This document shows, piece by piece, positions 14,405 through 26,983 of a stretch of 63,903 bases of DNA (position 1 is the stretch's first letter; every line of letters begins with the position of its first letter). A program made the translations under genes and the position numbers. Under the pieces are notes generated by a model. The model had not been told where the DNA came from. It was given only the letters and a program-made list of their open reading frames with translations, and ran no database searches. Source of the stretch: Chara braunii (taxonomy: Eukaryota > Plantae > Charophyceae); the NCBI GenBank assembly GCA_003427395.1, contig BFEA01000023.1:2272790-2336692 (forward strand), written 5' to 3'.

Positions 14405-14810
14405 TGGGCGAAACAGTCTGGCATAGTCGTGCTGTTTTTGTGGAGTGTGTATGTATGTCGAACATGCAAGCACACAGAGGGTCTGGCACAATCATGGTCC
14501 GCACACCGAGTAGTCACCGAGTATTCACCGAGTATTCACTGAGTCGGGGTGAAACCAGGACGAAACAGTCTGGCACAATCATGCCTTTTTTCTTGGGAGT
14601 TGAGTGCAGCGAACATGACAGCACACACTCAAGCAGCGTCTACACCTTCCCGTCGGGATCCATCGTCCGCACACCGAGTATTCACCGAGTATTCACTGAG
14701 TATTCCGACCGATCAGGTGACCGTACACGTCATTTCGTGAAAGATCATCGCCTGAACACGAAACACGCTGGCACAGTCGTGCTGTTTTTGTGGAGGGTGT
14801 AGAGCACCGT
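14405..14810 (+). repeat. Cluster of degenerate hammerhead-family 3' parts interleaved with accgagtattc repeats
   Basis: cgaaaca(gt/cg)ctggca-a motifs near 14409, 14560 and 14759. Confidence 0.55.
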
Positions 14811-14977
14811 CTTCTGCAATCACAACGACAGACGGAGAGAGTGATGATGATGATGGTAGTGCTCATGATGATGATCAATGCATGGGAAAACGACAACGTT
14901 CCAGAGGAGGAAGGAGAGGAAGATCACAATGAACGCTAGGGTAGGACTGCAACGTCGAAGAGAAGGAAGGAGAGAAA

Positions 14978-15014
<37 letters not shown>

Positions 15015-15159
15015 GGCAGAGTAAGAAGGGGAGGAAGATATCCGCATTCCCCAACACAACGACGACGAGTGGAGGCGGTATGATGATCATCGTGCAGCGT
15101 ATGACGGCAGCGTCGCACACCAGGGAGCTGCTGCTGCTGCTGCTGATGATGATGATGAC

Positions 15160-15201
<42 letters not shown>

Positions 15202-16661
15202 GTGGTGGATGGGCGGATCTCCCTGTCGTCCGTGTCCTCCCTTCTCTAGTCCTTGCCGTCCCCTCCTTCACCTCGTCATCCCTTTCGCCATTCTTCGCCT
15301 CCTGCTCTGCCCGACTTCCTCCACATCATCTCCCCCTTCCTCCTCCTCCTCCTTCTCCTCCTCACCTTCGTCCTCAATTCCGTAGACTCACAGTTTTGAA
15401 GACGTACGAACAGTGCGTAAGTAGGTAAGCAGGAGTTTGTGGGGATCTATCTGACGGCAATTCTGGCTAGTCAGATTCAGTCCCCCCCAAAAAAGCTCGT
15501 GTGAGTCAGTATGGCCTCCTCCTCCCATGGTGGGCGGCGATTGCCAAGTCGCGTACAGCATACTTTTTTTTCTGAGGAATCGCATCCAATGCAAGCTCGA
15601 AGGGAAAACCTCCTCCGCAGAAAACGTGTATACCTCTTTTCGGTCGAATTGTTTTGTTGACGTCAATGGAAAGTAAGTATACTGCCGCGAGTTCTTCTGT
15701 CCACATTGTTTGGAGCGCCGTTCTTGTTTATCTGCTCGACACAGGTAAGGGATACCCCTCCCCCCCCCCTGCCCCTTCNNNNNNNNNNNNNNNNNNNNNN
15801 NNNNNNNNNNNNNNNNNNNNNNNNNNNNNNNNNNNNNNNNNNNNNNNNNNNNNNNNNNNNNNNNNNNNNNNNNNNNNNNNNNNNNNNNNNNNNNNNNNNN
15901 NNNNNNNNNNNNNNNNNNNNNNNNNNNNNNNNNNNNNNNNNNNNNNNNNNNNNNNNNNNNNNNNNNNNNNNNNNNNNNNNNNNNNNNNNNNNNNNNNNNN
16001 NNNNNNNNNNNNNNNNNNNNNNNNNNNNNNNNNNNNNNNNNNNNNNNNNNNNNNNNNNNNNNNNNNNNNNNNNNNNNNNNNNNNNNNNNNNNNNNNNNNN
16101 NNNNNNNNNNNNNNNNNNNNNNNNNNNNNNNNNNNNNNNNNNNNNNNNNNNNNNNNNNNNNNNNNNNNNNNNNNNNNNNNNNNNNNNNNNNNNNNNNNNN
16201 NNNNNNNNNNNNNNNNNNNNNNNNNNNNNNNNNNNNNNNNNNNNNNNNNNNNNNNNNNNNNNNNNNNNNNNNNNNNNNNNNNNNNNNNNNNNNNNNNNNN
16301 NNNNNNNNNNNNNNNNNNNNNNNNNNNNNNNNNNNNNNNNNNNNNNNNNNNNNNNNNNNNNNNNNNNNNNNNNNNNNNNNNNNNNNNNNNNNNNNNNNNN
16401 NNNNNNNNNNNNNNNNNNNNNNNNNNNNNNNNNNNNNNNNNNNNNNNNNNNNNNNNNNNNNNNNNNNNNNNNNNNNNNNNNNNNNNNNNNNNNNNNNNNN
16501 NNNNNNNNNNNNNNNNNNNNNNNNNNNNNNNNNNNNNNNNNNNNNNNNNNNNNNNNNNNNNNNNNNNNNNNNNNNNNNNNNNNNNNNNNNNNNNNNNNNN
16601 NNNNNNNNNNNNNNNNNNNNNNNNNNNNNNNNNNNNNNNNNNNNNNNNNNNNNNNNNNNNN

Positions 16662-16662
16662 N

Positions 16663-16716
<54 letters not shown>

Positions 16717-17182
16717 GTAGTGGTCTAGAAAACAAAGCCTTTGTTGTGCAGATACAGATGACCATGCGAGGGTTCGAGATATCACAGTATTTTGTTGCAT
16801 AATAATAATTCTAGTATATCTAAACTCAACCATGGCTATCTCAGTGTACTAAATTTCCCGGGGCCCTTTTTCTAAGGTTTCCCTGTTTTTATTTTTATTT
16901 TTATTTTTTGAGTCTTATCGTTACCCTTCTCTTGCCCATTGTCCGAGCCTATCCCCCTAACCCGAACCGCATGAGAAGGGTAACGATGAGACTCAAAAAA
17001 TAAAAATAAAAACAGGGAAACCTTAAGAAAAGGGCCCCGGGAAATTTAATACACTGAGAAAGCCATGCTTGAGTCTAGATATACTAGAATTATTATGCAA
17101 CAAAGTACTGTAATATCTCTAACCCTCGCATGGTCATCTCTATCTGCACAACAAAGCCTTTGTTATCTAGACCACTACCATC

Positions 17183-17255
<73 letters not shown>
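16662..17255. repeat. Long inverted repeat (foldback): ~225-bp arms plus (GA)n/(TC)n extensions and a ~33-nt loop
   Basis: 16711-16935 is the reverse complement of 16969-17184 with scattered mismatches. Confidence 0.92.
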
Positions 17256-17949
17256 CCAGGATGATCCTGAAGTGTTGGTGCTCCAGAGCCCTCATCCTTC
17301 TCCTTTCTAAAAAAGTCACGTGTTGCAAAATTTACTGCCTGTACACGGCCATACATACATCGCCCGCGGGGCCCCCAGCGCGACTTTCATTTCAGAGGCC
17401 GGAAATGCGACAAAGGCCATTGATGAAAGGTATCAACGGCGGCCCGGCCCCGAAAGTTGCAGTGGTGGGGGCGAGTTCATTTTCTGCAAGGCTGGGGCCG
17501 TGTCTACTGGCGGTTTAAGTCTTGAGAAACAGCGACCATGCCAGTCAGCAATCCCCGCGAGCAGCAGTACCTTATCCATTATTATCGTGACCAGAGACAC
17601 TGCGGGTGTTCATCTCCACTTTTTTCATTCGTTGACTGATGTGGCTTTGACTTTTGCGAGGAATGCTGTGCTGGCGTATGCTGGTGAGATAGGTGCCGAA
17701 GGTAAGAAAGGACGAAAAGGGGAAATAAATTCAATAAGAGGATAAGGCAGGTTCTGTGTCTGATGCAGTATGCTGTGAAGCTTGGAGGGTTGGGAAGTGG
17801 ATGCTGCAGAAAGGGCAGCGTGAGAGATGGCATAGTTAAGGGGAGCTGCCAGTGGGGAAATGTGGAGGGCGTCAGCTGGGCAATTTGGGGAGTGATTGAG
17901 AGGTAAAACGTGAGCTGGACGAATGGAGGGGTAATGGTGGTGAGAGAAC

Positions 17950-18875
17950 TGATGGACAGATGGATGGGTGGATGGATGGATGGATGGATGGATGGATTGA
18001 TGGATGGATGGGATGGGATGGGATGGGATGGGATGGATGGATGGGATGGGATGGATAGTCGGATTTGAATGAATAGAGAGATGGAGATGGATAGATGGAT
18101 GGGTGTGATAGATGGGATGGATGTGATAGATGAGATGGATGGATCGATGGGGTGAATCAGATCAGATGGATGGGATGGATGAATGTAATTGATGGTTGGA
18201 TGGATGGATGGATGGGATGGGATGGATAGTCGGATTTGAATGAATCGAGAGATGGAGATGGATAGACAAATGGATGGACAGACAAATGGATGGTTGATGG
18301 ATACCTGCGATAGATGGGATGGATGGATTGATGGATTGATGGATGGTTCGATGGGGTGAATGGGATGGATGGGATGGATGAATGTAATTGATATTTGGAT
18401 GGATGGACGGCTTGATCAATGGGATGGACGGCTTGATCAATGGGATGGACGGCTTGATCGATGGGATGGACGGCTTGATCGATGGGATGGACGGCTTGAT
18501 CGATGGGATGGGATGGATGGGATGGATGGGATGGATGACGGTAATTGATAGTTGGATGGATGGATGGATGGATGGAGGGAGGGAGGGAGGGATGGAGGGA
18601 TGGATAGACGGATGGGATGGGTAGTTGGATCTGGGAGGATGTGATGGAATGAATGGATGGTTCAATGGGAGGAATGGGATGGGATGGACGGATGGACCTA
18701 GGGGATGAATGGGATGGATGGATATCATCCTCATGCGGACAAGACAGTGAGTGAACTGGGGAATGATTCAGAGGTAAAACGTAGTTTGGGAAAATGGGGA
18801 GGGAATGCTGTGGGGAATTGATGAACGGATTTGGATGGATGGGTGAATGGATGGATGAATGAATGGATGGATGAT
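17950..18875 (+). repeat. (GGAT)n/(GGGAT)n low-complexity tract containing a 21-bp minisatellite (gatgggatggacggcttgatc, ~5 copies)
   Basis: Direct inspection. Confidence 0.9.
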
Positions 18876-18881
18876 GTGCAG

Positions 18882-18950
18882 TACCATCCGGATGTGAACA
18901 AGGCAGCTGGAGCAGAAGATAAGTTCAAGGAGATAAGCAATGCCTATGAG
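18882..18950 (+). CDS. dnaJ: DnaJ exon 2 (HPD motif)
   Basis: cag|[23 protein letters not shown]|gtatgt. Confidence 0.95.
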
Positions 18951-19877
18951 GTATGTCGTTGTGCACTGTACCTTGTGAGAGAGATTCATTGCGCTTGGTG
19001 GACGATGAAGTGTATCATTGGGTAGTAAAAGAAATTAAACAGAGTCGCCATGGTTGGGGTATTTCGTTTTGCGGACCTACTGTATGGTTCCGTTTTCTTA
19101 CTATTGATATGGCAGAATTTGTTTTGGTAACCTTGTCTGCGCCCCGGCTGGTTTGGTCGGTCTATTTTGGGATGCGTAGTGGTGCTTTCATGTGGGACTA
19201 GTCATCCGGGTTCTTTTTTATTTTTGCATCCGGGTTGGTTGATTCCCGTTGTTCGGCCTGTGTGTTTGGGGGCGGTGCTTTTATGTGGGAATCGTCATCT
19301 GGGATTGTCTTTTATGTTTGTTGCGGTGGCCGCAATAGATTCAATTCTTTTTGGCAGATAAGGTGTTTTTTGCCATCCTGGCTGGTTGCTTCCCGTTGAT
19401 CGGCCTATAGTGCGGGGGCGGTGCTTATATGTGGGAATCGTCAACCGGGATTGTTTTTTTTATGCGTATCTGTTGGTGGTGTCGAAGGCTTTATCATGTT
19501 TTGAATCCTGGCTGGTTTGTCCCGTCGATTTGGCCTGTGGCGTGGGGGCGGTGTTTGCATGTGGGACTTGTCATCTAGGATTCGTTTGCCCCCTGTTCTG
19601 TAATGTTTGGCTGTTCCCTTCCTCTTTTCATTGTCTCTTCGCCTTTTGGCTGTGTGCAAGTGGGTCGATATGACACAGGGGGTGGGGGCGGCCGTCACTC
19701 AACCTACATCCACGTGGGCGGCCTTGTACGCAAGAGGTTCTGAACAGGGGGAGTTGTAAGGAAGAAGATTTTAAAAAATCGAATTTATTTTTCTTTGTTT
19801 TCTTTCTGTTTCCCTTTCGCTTTTGCGCTCTGACAACTTTGTGACAATATATATACATATAGATATGTATATATCTA

Positions 19878-20225
19878 GATGAAACAGTTTTTGACGTCTT
19901 CCTTTTGCCTCGTTTGTTGTCCTCTTCTCCGTCTCTGCCTACGGTTCACCGTGCCGTTCTCTATGACGATATATATTCTTGTCCTTTGCTACCTTTCTAT
20001 CTACCTTTCACCAGGCAGTTCTCTGTGATTATTCATATATATATACCTCCTGATGAGTCGGTGAAACTCCGACGAAACAGTTTGTCACAGCCCCTCGGTT
20101 GTTGTCCTCTTCTCCCTCTCTGCCTACGGTTTACCATAGGGCAGCTGTGTTTGACGATATAGATATGTTTCCTGTTCTTTTCTTCCTTTCTGTCTACGGT
20201 ACACGGGGAAGTCTCCTATGAGGAC
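19878..20225 (+). mobile_element. Tandem cluster of hammerhead-family repeats (TA-associated subfamily); core-bearing copy at 20046-20165
   Basis: (TA)n-cctcCTGATGAgtcggtgaaactccgacGAAAcagtttgtcacagcccctc...gtttgacgatata, flanked by partial copies. Confidence 0.8.
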
Positions 20226-20261
20226 AACCGGAGTAAAAGAGGGCAACTAGAATACAAGTAT

Positions 20262-20403
20262 GGGGGTGTTTGGGCCGTGCTCCACTACTCACCACATGCA
20301 CAAAAGGCAAAAAATGCGGCGGTGCATCTTTCCACTTTCTAGCGGAAGGTTCATTCTCATTTTGCACAATTGGTAAGTAGTGGAGCGAGCCTAAGCGAGG
20401 CCC
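20262..20403. mobile_element. Tourist/PIF-Harbinger-like MITE
   Basis: Imperfect TIRs gggggtgtttgggccgtgctccactactcacca / tggtaagtagtggagcgagcctaagcgaggccc. Confidence 0.55.
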
Positions 20404-21174
20404 TTTGTTTGAAGATACAGACGTGTACGCAGAGTCAGAAGCTTAGACGTTTTGGAATGAAGGAGAACGGAATGCCGATGAAGGAAGAAGTAACCAAAAA
20501 AATGAAATAAAAATATAAAAGGCATGTGGTTATCGAATTGTACATGCGTGCATCTGCCAGCTAGTGAGTCAGGAGTTCAAGCCATTTTGAATATAGGAAA
20601 GAAGGTATAGCTGAAGAGTTGATATCTTAAAGACAATTCATGTTCTTACCCTTTATTTCTCCCCCACCTATAAACTATTCCTGTATTTTAAGCCATCTCT
20701 GTATTTTGTCGTGTATGTGGTTTCTGTCCCCCAAGGTCTGTATTATGCACTCTCTCTCTCTCACTCTCTCTCTCTCTGTCTCTCTCTTTCTCTTTCCAAC
20801 CTGAGTATTATGGCTGCATCGCTTGGGTTTCGGTTAGAGCTATCAGGTGCGTGTAGTATCTGCAATGCATGGCTTCACACGAAGACTGAGTCGTTTTGGG
20901 GTATGGCTTCCATACACGAGGGTGTGAAAACCATTTACCGTCCTACCACCCTGTATGTGAAAATCATTTACCATCCTACCCCAGCATGTGAAAGTCATAT
21001 GCCAACCTACCCCTGTACTTCCTGCCTGCTTGCAATCAGCTCCGTTGCTGTGTAGACCTGTGTTTGCATGGAGAGTCTGCATATGACACCCGCATGTGGT
21101 AACGATTACTGATTTATTATTATACGTGTTAATTAGTGAAAGTATTAGCGTTTGTGGTTGTGGTTGTGACACAG

Positions 21175-21270
21175 GTGCTATCTGATGACGACAAGAGACC
21201 GGTGTACGATCAATATGGCGAAGCGGGTGTCAAAGGCTTTCCGGGTGGGGCCTCTAGTGGAACGGAATAC
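21175..21270 (+). CDS. dnaJ: DnaJ exon 3 (end of J-domain)
   Basis: cag|VLSDDDKRPVYDQYGEAGVKGFPGGASSGTEY|gtaagt. Confidence 0.93.
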
Positions 21271-21343
21271 GTAAGTTTAGCAATGCCTATCTCTTTAGCC
21301 CTATCTTTGCAATTTCCGTTTTTTTGTTTTTTCCCTCTTTTTT

Positions 21344-21599
21344 GAAAAGGGCGAAGACCTTGAGATATCCTCGCTGAACTAACCGGCCCTAGGTATTTCA
21401 GAAGTATTTTATTCTGTTAATCTTCATTGCATCTCGTTTCGGACTTGGGGCTGTATTCCAACAGTTCATGGGTGTACCAACTGAGCTACCGTCGTCACCC
21501 GAATATAACACCCGGTCATTATAGCTGTATTTGGCACAACTGTCAGCCCAGATATGGAGATAATTACCGGGTGTTCTATTCGGGGGAAGACGGTAGGCC
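21344..21599 (-). mobile_element. tRNA-derived SINE, interrupted by a hairpin MITE
   Basis: Minus strand ggcc[MITE]TAGCTCAGTTGGTA (A box), degenerate B box, A-rich tail; homologous copies at 46841, 48396 and 51749. Confidence 0.75.
21489..21593. mobile_element. 105-bp hairpin MITE (Tc1/mariner/pogo-like, TA TSD)
   Basis: TA-CCGTC...GACGG-TA with ~40-bp TIRs. Confidence 0.85.
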
Positions 21600-22332
21600 T
21601 GTTGCTCTGTCCTCGTTACGACGAAAGACCAGGCAACTCACCACTAACGGTATTGATTTTATTTGCGGCCTGCGGAATGCAGGTGCAGCCTATTTTCTGC
21701 TAACTGGAGGTGCAGTCTGTTATTGTCAGCAGATTTTACGTGCAGCCTGTCGTTGTCCGTAGGATGCAGATGTAACCTGTTGTTGTCTGCGGACTTTACG
21801 TGAAGACGGTTGTCTTCAGACTGCAGATGCAGCTTGTCTGCAAACTGCAGAGGCAGCATGTTGTCTGCCCACTGCAGGCTGCAGTCTATATTTTGAGCCA
21901 CCAGGTTGCAGACTGAAGGGGCTTTTCAGATCACTCACTCTGGTCAAGACTCGCCAAGTCACCACAACATGCAGACTATAGATACAGCCTGCATGTCATA
22001 GTCTAAGCCTGCAGCCTTCAATCTGTCGCCTGCAACCTGCAGCCTGGCACCTGTTGTCTGCAGCTTGCAGTGTGCAGCTGGAGCCTGAAGGTGGAGCTAA
22101 CAGACTGTGGGGTGACAAAGGTTTGATTCAGTCTTCTCGAGACCTGCAAAATCATGTCACACGCTGGTCATCTTGACCGATCCAGCCTGCCCGTGTGGCT
22201 GAATGGTACACACATGTAACTGGTCATCAAAAGATCGTGAGTTTTGGATCGCGATGAAAAGAATGTCAGGATCCTCTCTCCTTCACCAAAACAAGTAGAG
22301 CTCACTGCAGCTCTGCCCAGGGCAGAGAGCAG

Positions 22333-22424
<92 letters not shown>

Positions 22425-23449
22425 NNNNNNNNNNNNNNNNNNNNNNNNNNNNNNNNNNNNNNNNNNNNNNNNNNNNNNNNNNNNNNNNNNNNNNNNNNNN
22501 NNNNNNNNNNNNNNNNNNNNNNNNNNNNNNNNNNNNNNNNNNNNNNNNNNNNNNNNNNNNNNNNNNNNNNNNNNNNNNNNNNNNNNNNNNNNNNNNNNNN
22601 NNNNNNNNNNNNNNNNNNNNNNNNNNNNNNNNNNNNNNNNNNNNNNNNNNNNNNNNNNNNNNNNNNNNNNNNNNNNNNNNNNNNNNNNNNNNNNNNNNNN
22701 NNNNNNNNNNNNNNNNNNNNNNNNNNNNNNNNNNNNNNNNNNNNNNNNNNNNNNNNNNNNNNNNNNNNNNNNNNNNNNNNNNNNNNNNNNNNNNNNNNNN
22801 NNNNNNNNNNNNNNNNNNNNNNNNNNNNNNNNNNNNNNNNNNNNNNNNNNNNNNNNNNNNNNNNNNNNNNNNNNNNNNNNNNNNNNNNNNNNNNNNNNNN
22901 NNNNNNNNNNNNNNNNNNNNNNNNNNNNNNNNNNNNNNNNNNNNNNNNNNNNNNNNNNNNNNNNNNNNNNNNNNNNNNNGGGAAGAGTGTGATCGTGAAA
23001 TTTGGAGAGAGTGAGAGTGAGTTTTGGAGCAAGCAGGAGAGTATGTTATTGCCGGGGTTTGTGAGCCTCTGTGAGCTCCAACTGTCTCTGTTGGTTTCAC
23101 CGAGGCCCGACCAAGACTGAAATTGTGTATCTAGTGATTGTTACAGGATGACACAATACTGGGAGGGTTCTCTATTAGGTTCACTTTTTGTTCTTTGTTC
23201 ATTGTGAAATGAAGCAAGTTAATTTGGAATGACGAGTCGCAGGGGGGCCATACGCCTTCTTCATTGGTGGACAATTTTTACTGACGTCAACAATCCAGCT
23301 TGCTTGTCACTGGGGGAAGGGAGAGCAGGAACGAGGAAAGATGGAAGGGAGGAGAAGTAAGTAGGATTATGTATCGATGGGAGGGAATGAGATTGTTTGG
23401 CTTGAGGAGTGAAAGTTGTTTGTTTGTTTGTTTGTTTGCAATGTGGCAG

Positions 23450-23565
23450 ACAAATCCATTTGATCTGTTTGAATCATTTTTTGGAAGTGGTTTTGGGGGC
23501 ATGAGCGGTATGGGAGGAGCGAATGGCCGAAGGCGGCAAGGCCCAGCAGCAGGAGAGGACATAAG
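23450..23565 (+). CDS. dnaJ: DnaJ exon 4 (G/F-rich region)
   Basis: cag|TNPFDLFESFFGSGFGGMSGMGG...GEDI(R)|gtaaaa, phase 2. Confidence 0.93.
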
Positions 23566-24646
23566 GTAAAAAAAATAATCACGATGTAATTGTTAACACG
23601 TTCGAAAAATGACCTCCCCTCAGTCGCCTATGAAGTGTGGTGACCCAGAAAGCAAAGCAGGTGATTGTTATGTAGTACGTAGCAATCACTAAGTTCGTGA
23701 TAGAATATCACTTCAAGATAGAATCACTTTTCGTGTAGCATTTACGAAAGTATCACCTTCAGCGTTACGCTGGCATAATACTTGTCTAATCCTGGGGGTT
23801 TATTTGCAATTTGCCATCAAGACCCCAGGTCTACTGCCCACATGCAATAGCATCAGCCTTCGCCCCTTGAGATTCCTCGTCTCCCTCAGTTGGCGCCTCA
23901 CACGTAAATCTTAGCTATGGCTGACTCTTCTCTCATGAAAGGATCTTCCCTCCATCGTCTTTGACCGTCATACCGATACCAATATACTCGTCTCCTCGCC
24001 AAACGTCCCAGAGGTCCTACCCGAAAAGAATGTAAGTCTTCTTGACTGAAGAATGCCACTCCCTTGTAGTCTTGGAGTCTTCTTCTTCTTATTTGAATAT
24101 GGTTGCCAGGTACCAGTAGGTAAGCTGGTTGTGTCCTCACGCCTCTTCTATCTCGCACAGGTAGGTCTCTCACTGGCAGTCCTCCTCTCTATCCCCCCTG
24201 AGTCCCACCCATAGGTATTGCTGCCTGCTACGATGGTTGCCCGCCCAAGCACTCTCTCCACTCTCTGTTGGCAGCAGGGCAGTATGGCGCACAAGTGCAA
24301 TGACGAACTGAGCGCAAGGCTCTTCTATCTCTCACAGGTAGGTCTCCCAGTTCTCCTCCCTATCCCCCCTGAGTCCCACCCATAGGTACTGGCCCCAAGC
24401 GGCTGGCTGTGCAGCTGCTCCACCCAGCAGGCCTTGAACTCATCTGGAAACTTGGTCTGAACCATCAGATGTGTGTGTGATCTGTGGCCAAAAATGAAGC
24501 TGTGTTGAGAATTCCTTGACTCTTCGTCTCCAGGTGGCCATGATTTCACTTAGGCCTGGGGTACCCAAGTCCCGGCCTGGCTTGCCCAGTTGGCGTACTG
24601 GTTTGGAGTCTGACTGGACTCGGAACATTTCTCCGAACCTTCCCTA

Positions 24647-24760
24647 CCTTCTTTCCCCGAATACAAAGTACACTTAGTACGGTCATTATAGCTGTATTTG
24701 AGGCATCTTTCAGTCTAGATACGGCTATAATGACCGTACGTTGTATTCGGTGGAAGAAGG
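24647..24760. mobile_element. Hairpin MITE copy (TA TSD)
   Basis: ta-ccttctttccccgaatac...gtattcggtggaagaagg-ta. Confidence 0.8.
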
Positions 24761-25074
24761 TAGGCCTCTATGGACTCTAATGACCCTACGTTCTAGAGAC
24801 TAACTTGAGGTGTGATGAATGCAAGTTTATCTAAGTCTGTTTTCCCCCCCTTACACCCCCCTTACCCCCCCCCCCCCTCTTGGACATGATGGAATTTGAG
24901 AACAGGATTTGAATTTGGAAATTGTGAACTTGATTTTTTCAAGAGATGCACAGCAATGGTTGGTTGGCTGTGTGTAGGACTCACTCTTCCATCATCATCT
25001 GCGTTTTGTTTGTTGCGGTTATTTATATCTTGTTTCAATCATGTATGCTCTTGCTTTCGGTTGTTTCCTTCCAG

Positions 25075-25270
25075 ATTTGACTTGGCGCTGGAATTTAAAG
25101 AAGCCATATTTGGAGTTGAAAAAGAGTTTGATGCTATGCATCTGGAGACCTGTGGCGTTTGCAAAGGATCCGGCTCAAAGCCGGGTACCAGCAGAAAGAC
25201 ATGTAAGATGTGTGGTGGGATGGGTCAAGTCATGAGGACGCAGCAGACGCCATTTGGGTCGTTCTCGCAG
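25075..25270 (+). CDS. dnaJ: DnaJ exon 5 (zinc-finger repeats 1-2)
   Basis: [13 protein letters not shown]...CGVCKGSG...CKMCGGMG...TPFGSFSQ; AG/GT boundaries and phases match neighbouring exons. Confidence 0.95.
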
Positions 25271-25789
25271 GTGCAGAAACTATTTTTCTTCCTGTGCTGT
25301 TGTGCTCGTCCGTTTCTGTCTGTCTGTCTGTTTATTTGCTTGTTTGCGTGCTTGCTTTGGCTTGCTTGTTTGCATGGTACGAGCGCTGCTCACTCTGCAT
25401 GGCATTTCTTTGACAGAATTTTGCCTGATTTTTTCAGGCGGGCCACATACACATGCTGCCGGAAGTCGCAGTGTGAGCGTGAGCACTGGTTTTCACGTCT
25501 TCCTTTGTGGATGGCGTTCACGATAGCAGTAAGTTTTGCAATGTTTGGCATGTCCGCAATCTCTGTTTCATCATTCGTCGGACTGCCTACTTTTACTGCA
25601 GTAGACTTAAGGGGATGCTCAGACTAGGACCGGCCGTTTTCAAGTACCTCTCTTTTTTGTCGAAGTGCAGTAAAAATGCAATCCTTGAAGGCCGTTGTGT
25701 GAGTATTTTGGGCAATAGCGTGGGTGAGCCATGAACTGTGAGACCTTGGTTCTGTGCTAATGTGCTTGAGTGTCAAGTATGTAGGATTT

Positions 25790-26740
25790 GGAACACTTGG
25801 CACTGCAGTTTTTCGCACGGTTGGGACTGTGGTATTTCCTAGTAAGCTTGGCGGTGCAGTGTTTGGGACATCTTGCAATGCTTGGCACTTTGGGACACTT
25901 CGCAATACATGGCACTGGAGTATTTTGCTGCAATACTTGGCACTGCATGATTTGCCAGAAATCTTGGTGCAGCAGTTTTTGGGACACTTGGCAATGCTTG
26001 TTGGCACTGCAGTATTTGCCATAAATTTTGGCGCGACAGATTTTGGGACACTCGGCAATAGTTGGCACTGCAGTGTTTTGGGACACTTGCGATACTTGGC
26101 ACTGCAGTATTTGCCAGAAACCCTGGCACTCTTCTTGGCACTGTAGTATTTGCCAGAAGTCTTGGCACTGCAGTTTTTCCGGCATACTTGGCACTGCAGT
26201 TTTTTTGGCATACTTGGCACTGCAGTTTTTTTGGCACACTTGGCTCCACAGGTTTTGCAAGAAACCTTGACACTGCTCTTGGCACTGCAGTATTTAGCAC
26301 CGTTCTTGGCACTGCAGCATTTGCAAGAAATCTTGGCAGTGCAGTTTTTGGCACACTTGGCAGTGCAGTTTTTGACACGCTTGGCTCTGCTATTGGCACT
26401 GCAATATTAGGCACACTTGGCACTGCAATATTTTTTTGCCAGAAATCTTGGCACACTGCAGTTTTTTTTGGCACACTTGGCACTGCAGTTTTCAACACAC
26501 TTGGCTCTGCAGTTTTCGCCAGAAATCTGGGCTCTGCAGTGTTTGGGCCACTTAGCGCTGCAGTATTGCTGGGACACCTGGCGCTGAAGTTTCTGGCACA
26601 CTTGGTACTGCAGTATTTGGCTCACTTGGCGCCACACTATTTTTCCCATGATCCTTGGCATTGCATTTTTGACTGTACTGCAGTTTTTGGCAGGCTTGGC
26701 ACTGTAGTACTTGAGAGTCGAGACACTTGGTACTCCAGTG
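25790..26740. repeat. Minisatellite built on a (cac)ttggcactgcagt core
   Basis: Dozens of degenerate copies, alternating with ttgccagaaatc spacers. Confidence 0.9.
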
Positions 26741-26983
26741 TTTGCTAGAAATTTTTGATGTTGCAACCGCCAGATGAGATGGTGAAGGTTGAACCAACGT
26801 TTCCACCGAAGATAGCATACATTATTCCGAACACAAAGAACCGAGAAGTGAAGAAGCACTGCGAAATAGACATTAAATACTTGAAGAAGGAAGTGTCAAT
26901 AGTCATGGACTATGTTTCAGACACTAGAACCAGAAAAACTAGAACCAGACTGCCTCTTGCACAAACAAAGGCAAGACTTGTTG

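Noticed and set aside
15388-16833. 481-aa ORF and similar long ORFs spanning N runs
   Set aside because: Their length comes from assembly gaps
20046-20095. Stand-alone minimal type I hammerhead
   Set aside because: The sequence after GUC cannot pair with cctc to form stem I; better explained as a truncated copy of the type III ribozyme and probably inactive in cis
25790-26740. Regular repeats with variable spacers resembling a CRISPR array; long ORFs on both strands
   Set aside because: Spacers are themselves repetitive, there are no cas genes, and it lies in a eukaryotic intron; this is a minisatellite and the ORFs are artefacts
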